This document shows positions 21,966-29,007 of a DNA stretch of 29,007 bases, piece after piece. Origin of the DNA: Psammoneis japonica (lineage: Eukaryota); the NCBI GenBank assembly GCA_008632985.1, contig QPGO01000179.1, forward strand, positions 124,001 through 153,007, read 5' to 3'. Each line of letters begins with the position of its first letter. Position 1 is the stretch's first letter. A program made the translations under genes and the position numbers. Below the pieces are notes generated by a model. It did not search any database. It was not told where the DNA came from and saw only the letters and a program-made list of their open reading frames with translations.

Positions 21966-24900
21966 ATGTCAAGGGACAATGGAATGAAAGCTCTTGCCAA
22001 AGCGGCTGTTGTGGCTTCCCAAGAAGAGAATGAGGAAATCCGGTTGTCACAGGAGGAGAACAACCACAATTCCCAGGAAGAAGATGTGGAAGAAGAGGAG
22101 GAGGAAATGCGGACGTCAGAGGAGGACAAGGAAGCTGTGAATTCTAAGGAAACAGACAATGATGCTTCTCAGGAGAAGGAAGATGCGGGTTCTTTACCAA
22201 AATCATCAAAATCCAAGGAGGGGGACATTCAACACATTCCCACCAAGCTCCGGCGTTTCGTGAATGCAATCAAACATGACATGTCAAAGTGTGTGCAGGA
22301 CAATGTCCACCACACTTGTCCCTTGTTCACCATGGTCAACCCAAGCACAGAACCAAAATCACTGACTGCACTGGCAAATTCTGGATGCAGGCCGAACAAT
22401 CGCGGGAAGAAACCATTTTGTTGCATCACAACCAGAAGGGGTTGTCATCCGACTTCGGCAAAGAAGCAAGTAAAAAAGCAAGGGAAGCTGCAAAGGATTT
22501 TCTTCTTCGTGAATTTAATCAAGAAAACGAAGGCAACATTGTCGACTTGTTGAACAACAAACACACTCACATTTTGGGAATTTGTGCAATGCCAAAAAAT
22601 CAAGAAAGCGGCAAACTGGCAACTGATCTTGTCGCTGCATTGTTGCATCGGTGCATTGAATTGGTGCCAGTGACAATTGTTGACTGTGTTTGAGTCAACA
22701 GAGGAGCCAAAGTCCACAACCATGGGTTGTGCCCCTTCCTGATTAGCCTGGCTCAATCCATCGGCTGCACGGTTGTTGGCACTTGGGACACAATGCTGCA
22801 TTGTCAAGTCAAGCTCAAACAATGCTGCTGTGAAAGTTTGGGTTTCGAGGACATCACAGAGGAAATGAATGAGGAGCCCTCTTGGGAAAGAGCAAGACAC
22901 CATTGGAGTTGGAATGCTTTGATCAAAGAGGACGGAGATGACACCAGGGCACTGATGGTGAAACGCAGAGTCACCACACGTTGTGCAAAAATTGCGTTGC
23001 CCATCTCTCACACAGAGGATGATTTCCAATGCCATGTGAAACATTGGCGAGATCGTGTTGGGTTCTGGAGCAGCAAGAAGAGACCCGCCGATCAATGCCA
23101 AGATTTGGTGGATCAAGAGAAAGACCTCATCTACAAATTGTCAGTGGTGATGGTTGGCAATGCAACACTGGATTCTTTTAAAGATTCCTGGCAAAAACAC
23201 ATGGATGGACGCCAATGGTTTGACATTGGAAAGTGCGTTTACGAATCCTACGAACATTGCATGGGTGCAAGTGACGCCAACCAAGTTAAGTCACATTTCG
23301 AGACAACGGCTTTGTTTGCCGCAAGCATCAATTTCTCCTGCCAAATGAGCAAATTGGCAAATGATGAAACATGGAAAAGAGCGGCGTTTCGATCGAGGAC
23401 TTCCGAGCTAGCTCAAAGAGCGAAATGTGTGAGGGGCAAGTTTGGCGCAACTGCGGAGTCGGGAACTGACAACCGGAAGCATGTTCTCAACCCCAAGTGT
23501 TGCCAATGGAGTCGGAGCAATTCAGATGAAGACATGGAAATGGAAATGCCTTCAGGTGATGATGGAGCCACACGTCAACTTCTTGAAAGAATCCATTTGA
23601 AGTGCAACATGGTGTTTCCCATCGACTACAACCAGGAAGATCAAGGTGGACTGTCACCAGCAGCAACTTTGTTTTCAGCGCTTGCGGGACCTTGTCATGA
23701 TCATGCAATGTGTGTTCCGGGCAAGCACCCCATTTGCACTGCACAAAGCAAAAGTGCAGTGTACAAACTGCTGGTTGGTGCTGCACAAGAAGACAGAGAG
23801 ACTCTGAAGGACCCAGAGAAACGCCAAGTGCGGTTGAACAAAAAGGATTTCTTTCTGCCACCTTTGCGACACATTGCAATTTGGTGCAAAGAAGCGGAAC
23901 AACTGCATTTGCACCAGATCAATTGGTTGTTCCGACAATGTCATTTTACAGAGCTGGCGAAGGAGGCGATGCTTGACAAAAAATTCTCTGCCAGGGGAAA
24001 CAAGCGAGAAAAGAAGGAACCGAAACCACAAGAGGGAGATGGTGACCCAGAGGAAGAGGAGTCCAAATCGGAACCAGAAGATCAAGGTCTCCTTGTGTCA
24101 CGAAGAAAAGTGTTGTCTGCTGGGGACAAGAAATGTCAAGATCTACGTCATGAGGCGAGGATGCACCATGAGGATGCCAAAGAATTGGCACGGCTGCATG
24201 GTTTTGAGTGGGCCGATCGGGCCACACGGCCGGATGAAAGTGAGGTGCCAGGTGATGCTGTTGATTGTGAAGGACCAGTTTTACATGGATGGTTCGAAGA
24301 TTTCAAGCACGGCAGAACATTTGCTGAAGACCATTTTGGAGCGACGAATGACAAGGACATTGGAGGAGGGAAGATGAACCTTGTTCGAGCTGCAATTGAG
24401 GAAGCTAAAAAGAAACCTGACACAAGAGTGAAATTCAATGCTGGGCAAAAGAGGCAAACCAGCAAAAGAGCCGATCACATGACAAACAATGGCCAGGTTC
24501 ACAAAGTGAGACGGCTGACAGAGAAGGAGCTGATGAAGGAGGGGCTTGCAGCCGATGATGATTTTGAAGGTCCGGAGGGAACGCCAGCATTCGTGGGGGT
24601 TGGCACAAGGAAGAAACCGTGCTGTCATGCCATGGAGTGGGCAAGAGCCAATTTTCAGCAGCGATGTCCCACAGTGCACAAGGCCATGTGTGATTGGGAG
24701 CCAGGGAAGAAATGGTGCAGACTGCCGGAGGGTCACGTGTTGGATAAAAGCGGGCTGGAATTTCCCAGCTTGGGACCCCCAGTCAAACATCAACAAGGGG
24801 AGAAAGACACGTGCGTGTTTTCGAGCCTGGCCAGTGTCCCAAATTACATTGGAGATGAAAGGATGGAGCGATGTGTTGTGAATTACATGGATCATTCTTG

Positions 24901-25313
24901 CAGATCAGAGAACACCAACAACAAACGGTTGGAGTTCGCCACTGGCATGTTGTTGGGACAAAAGCAGAAGCTTTGTCCTCCACTGGCTGCATCAATGAAG
25001 TGGCACGCATGCAAGAAGCGTCAGAAAGTGGCAGCTGGCAAGAAGCGATGACATCGTTCTTTGTCGGTTGACAAACAATCATTGCATTGCTTTGCATGGT
25101 GGTTGGATCTTCAACTCCAATCATGAATTCGCTCTTCTGGCAAAAGACATTCAGTGGTTGAATTGGTGTTCAGGGAATGACACATTTGAAATGGGTGCAC
25201 TGGCAGAAGATCCAAAATCAGCAGTGGAGGAAGCAGTTTTTTTCAAAATGCCGAAGGCTGTCCAAACAAGGTTGCGTAAACGCAAGCAGCAAGAAAATGC
25301 AATTGTGGGTTAA
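21966..25313 (+). pseudogene. Large multidomain gene: acidic N-terminus, GNAT-like acetyltransferase, C-terminal papain-like (C39-type) cysteine peptidase domain
   Basis: Glu-rich stretch at 22020-22190. GNAT-like VAALLHR..IVDCV..HNHGLCPFLISLAQ..LHCQ..QCCCESLGFE (~22630-22850). Peptidase-like QQGEKDTCVFSSLAS (~24790-24835) and HCIALHGGWIFNSN (~25080-25120). 774-aa open segment at 22727-25051. Confidence 0.6.
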
Positions 25314-26653
25314 TTCTTCTCACTTGGCATGGTTGTCGGGGCCAACGATTTCAAGGCATGCAGGCGTTTGCGAGCCACCAATGTTTTGCTGACAAGCCCG
25401 GCCTTTTCTGCAGCACGCAACAGTTGGCACGTTTGCGGCAGTGTGTGAGGCTTCCCACCAAGGACATTCATCATGAGCCCCTTAGTTTGAAAACACGTGC
25501 CCGCGGGTTGATCCACAAAATGACTGAGCAATTCATGTGTGCCACTCATTTCCTCATCCGTGTGCGGGTGTGCGTTTAACCAACAGCGGCATCCATCAAC
25601 AATGCATTGGCTCACAAGAGGCTTCATCCACTGATCGTGCTTTTGGACTTTCACGTTGTCCAATGGGGTGGCGCAAAGCAAAGGAAGGAAACAATTCTTG
25701 GTCACTGGCGTCAGATCACTTTGTTTCACAGGAGCAAACACAAGCAAGCTGCTGCCCCACGCATCTTGCTCTGTCACTTTGAGTTTCTTTAGGACAGTTT
25801 GTCGACGCTCGGCTGTGAGACAAAACTGTGAAGTTGCAGTCTTCCATGTCATGACAATTTGTTTGCAATCCATGCCCGCGGAGGTGCCACGATTGGGAAG
25901 AGATGATGTCATGCTGCAAAACCGATTGCAATGATCGGGTTTTGCTAAAACTGTGCCAGCTTGCAGCCATTTGCCCATGGTGACACAGGCAACAGCATCA
26001 ACAAAATGCTTGGGTTTAGCCAGGCATGACAGCATGCATCCACTGCGTCTGCCCGTCACAATTTCGTCAACAACAATCTCAAAGGAATGGCGGTGAGCCA
26101 ACCGACCGAGAGATTCTAGAAAGTTGTCGCTGAGTGTTGCACCATTGTTTGCCAGCATTGATTCTAAAAACAATGCAGTGATTGGCGCCTTCTTTACAGC
26201 CTGCATCAAAAACAACGGAGATGAGTGTGGTTGAGACAATCGTTTTTGCACTCACTGAGCTCCGCGGAGCTCAGAGTGCCTGGCACATGATGCGGCAGCG
26301 CAATGGTGTGATTGCGTGTAAAAGAGTCAAACACGTCGTCCGGATGCATTGCCGCGCTCAGACCATGTTCTGCACTGAACGTGCTGGTGGTCCAACAGTG
26401 GACAGGCCCATGATCACCGGCCACATAACTTCCACATGCAGTCAAACATCCATCGTTTGTGCCCTCCCGTCACAGAATCAATTGCAAACAAATTTGCATT
26501 GGAGCCGTTTGGCATCACTTTGTACAGCAGCAATTCGCCATCAAAGTGACGAAAGATGACTTCTTCTAACTGCTTGTGATGGCCGATGTCCATGGAAGAA
26601 TTCATCAAATCTTCGCCATTGCATTTTGAGCCACGCGGGCTAACGGCAACCAA
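25310..26653 (-). pseudogene. Class-III PLP-dependent aminotransferase-like gene, frameshifted
   Basis: PNGSNANLFAI, GSYVAG, ITALFLESMLANNG, EIVVDEIVTGRRSG and VTMGKW (PLP lysine), spread over three overlapping ORFs. Confidence 0.8.
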
Positions 26654-27377
26654 ATTTCACCCCCAATTGTTTGCCATGTCGTCCATGGCATCGTTTGGGA
26701 TTGTTCAACGCGCAAAAGAGCAAGATGCAAGATTCAAGAAGAGTCCCAAAAGATGATTGGATGGAAAAGAGGGGAGGGATCGCAGTTCTGTTGATGGGCT
26801 TGCGCAGCGCAGAGGATTTGTGAAAATGAGGTGGAGCAACGCATGTGCTCTCAATCACCAAAAGCGCAAAACACGTGCATTCTGCTGCGCTGCACATTTG
26901 CAGACAAGCCCTGTGCGCAGGGCCCCACACATGTTCCACACGCTGAAAGAGCAGCATGCGCGCGCGCATGTGCTCCCACCCAATCGTGTGATTGCACAAT
27001 GCATTTCATTCAACAACGTAGATGAAGCGAGCACTTTAAAAAAGAACACACATGAAAAATCAAACTTCAATCATGGAAAATCACACATTCAAAAGTGAAC
27101 CAATGAGAACCCAATTTTTGTTTAAGGAAAATTTTGTTTCAAATGGGAGGAAAGAACAATCTTCTTAACACAACAGGTCGACATGGTTGTCAATGTTCAT
27201 TTCAGAACAACAATGCTTGATTGAAACAATGAAAAACACAGAAAAGAACAAAAATGAGTGCAATTCAAAAACCGTGCAATGAGAACATGCAACCGTGACT
27301 TTGCAATTGTGTTGAATGGATTTGGCTCGTCCCGGACCATCCACAAGCACAAAAAGCGATTGGAAGTCGAAAACACA

Positions 27378-28858
27378 ATGACGAATTCATTTCATCAGAC
27401 ACGGGTGTCGGTCGTCAGCCTTGATCTTACAAACACATCGAGGGCAAACACTTCAACAGAGGGAAACACAACCCCGTCAAGGACAGATGTTGCAACAGCG
27501 GGGAACACAGGTGGGTGTGTTTGAAATCGAAGTGTGCGTTTGGAAGCCAACATTGTGATCTGACATGCAGTGGGAAGCTTCTGTGACAAATCCAGGGGAA
27601 AAAACAACAGCACCCAATCGTCCATTGGATTGTCCAAGAGACTTTTTCCATCCAACGACAGGGGCCAACCCCACAAGACCAGAGGATGCTGCTCTTTTGT
27701 GGTCATGCCAAAAGGCACGTCCACAACTTGGTGAGGTAGAGATGGTGCCGCCCAATGGCAAGAAGATGCTTCAAAAGGTGGCACAAATCCGGTCGTCCCT
27801 TCGACAACACGTCATGACTCAATGCCTGGAGGGCTGTCGAAAAAATGCAATGGACAAGGAAGTGGCAATGCCATCAACAAACACCAATCCCGTCACAACA
27901 GAAGACTTCAAAAACATTCTGGCAAGCATGGACAACACAACCAAGAATCAGCAGCTCGTGCATCAAGTTTTCCACGCCTTTCATTGCAACAGAGGATGGC
28001 TGGCTGCTGCCATTGACAAATGGTTCACCGTAAACAACATGAAGCTCATGCCGCACACCACGGATGCTTCCAGCAAACCTCGCAAAATGCACCGCGATGG
28101 CAGAGGCGGGTTTGCTGTGGTGGCACGCCAAGCCAAATGTCAAACAATTAAAACGTTTGTGGAGTTCATGCTGCGGAAAGCAGGCTGGTGTGTGGCAACT
28201 GCAATGCACAAGAGCAACAAGGAGAATGGAGGCAAAACACATGTGGCTGTCCCCGCTGCAACCAATGTGGAAACAACAACCAAAGCAAAGTTTTACGTCG
28301 TGTCAATGAAACCAGTGGCGGCGAGTTAGTCGCACATTGTTTGTTTGTCCTTTTGTTGACAAACTTGTTTGGTTGACGGCTTCGTCCCCATTTCCAGTCC
28401 TTGACAGCAGGAGGAGAACACCAAAGCATCAAAACAAGTTGCTCAGGGAGCATCCAGCAAAGACATTGACATTGCATCCCTTGTGGACCTTGCGAAAACA
28501 GCAAGCATGTTGTCAGAACAAATGGAGTATCCCTGTCCAGGAAGATTTGCTCCAGTCGATTCGTGGCAGCATGACAGTCACCAGTTCATCCCAAATGGTC
28601 AACGAAGAGATTGTGCTTGATCCGCAACATGAGTCCAAAACTCAGGTGTCAACACTGACCATGGACACCGCGCTAAATTGCCCATCCGAACCAACGGCAA
28701 AGCGGAAGTTAACCAAGAAGGAGAAGGAGGCAGAGCAAATTCCTCGTCGGGAGCGCAATGATGAACTAGAACCCCTCACCATGGATTTGGATGTCATCGA
28801 TGGTTGGAATTCCAATGACGAAGAGTTGGCAGAAATGGTGTCACAGGTGACTGTGTGA
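27378..28858 (+). pseudogene. Gene of unknown function, probably with short introns, may continue past the window end
   Basis: Protein-like ORF 27565-28329 plus flanking ORF pieces separated by short T-rich segments ending in CAG (e.g. 28321-28397). AT-rich upstream region at 27040-27260. Confidence 0.4.
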
Positions 28859-29007
28859 TTTGGTGGTCCAATTGCTGTGGTGTTGGATGGCTCTAACCAA
28901 CTTCCGCTTTGATGCCTTGTTTGGCTTGTCAGACACAGTTGTCTGGGTCCCCTTGTTGCAGGACGGAACAAGAGCCCGGGAACGCTCCAGCGGCAAGAAA
29001 AATGCAT

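Noticed and set aside
1..29007. Dense overlapping ORFs in all six frames, suggesting overlapping genes or Cys/His-rich metal-binding proteins
   Set aside because: Artefact of TpA loss: TAA/TAG stops are erased and Tyr codons become Cys/His.
1..29007. Alternative genetic code (TGA readthrough or Tyr reassignment)
   Set aside because: Depletion also affects non-coding repeats and all frames, and the genes carry frameshifts, which points to mutation rather than recoding.

Overview
Eukaryotic-looking, repeat-rich and heavily pseudogenised DNA, probably from a diatom or other stramenopile (inferred from protein families). The whole window is almost devoid of TpA. Internal repeat copies and conserved Tyr codons indicate TpA was converted to TpG/CpA, a RIP-like hypermutation running opposite to fungal RIP, with surviving TAs biased to TYTA/TARA contexts. 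This removes TAA/TAG stops, so most six-frame ORFs are artefacts. Reading through the mutations, about 6.5-29 kb looks like a large cargo-carrying DNA transposon. It has a CACTA/Plavaka-like transposase (13.5-16.7 kb), three paralogous genes with a compact TET/JBP-like HxDxxN...[R/S]xxxxx[Y/N]xR module (two with a C-terminal ENxxC helical domain), a class-III PLP aminotransferase, a GNAT + papain-like protease gene and an FAD-monooxygenase fragment. The left 5 kb holds two MITE-like elements with 4-bp TSDs, a retrotransposon gag fragment, a diflavin-reductase fragment and hairpin-bearing tandem repeats. All protein calls are by-eye motif recognition, not database hits.
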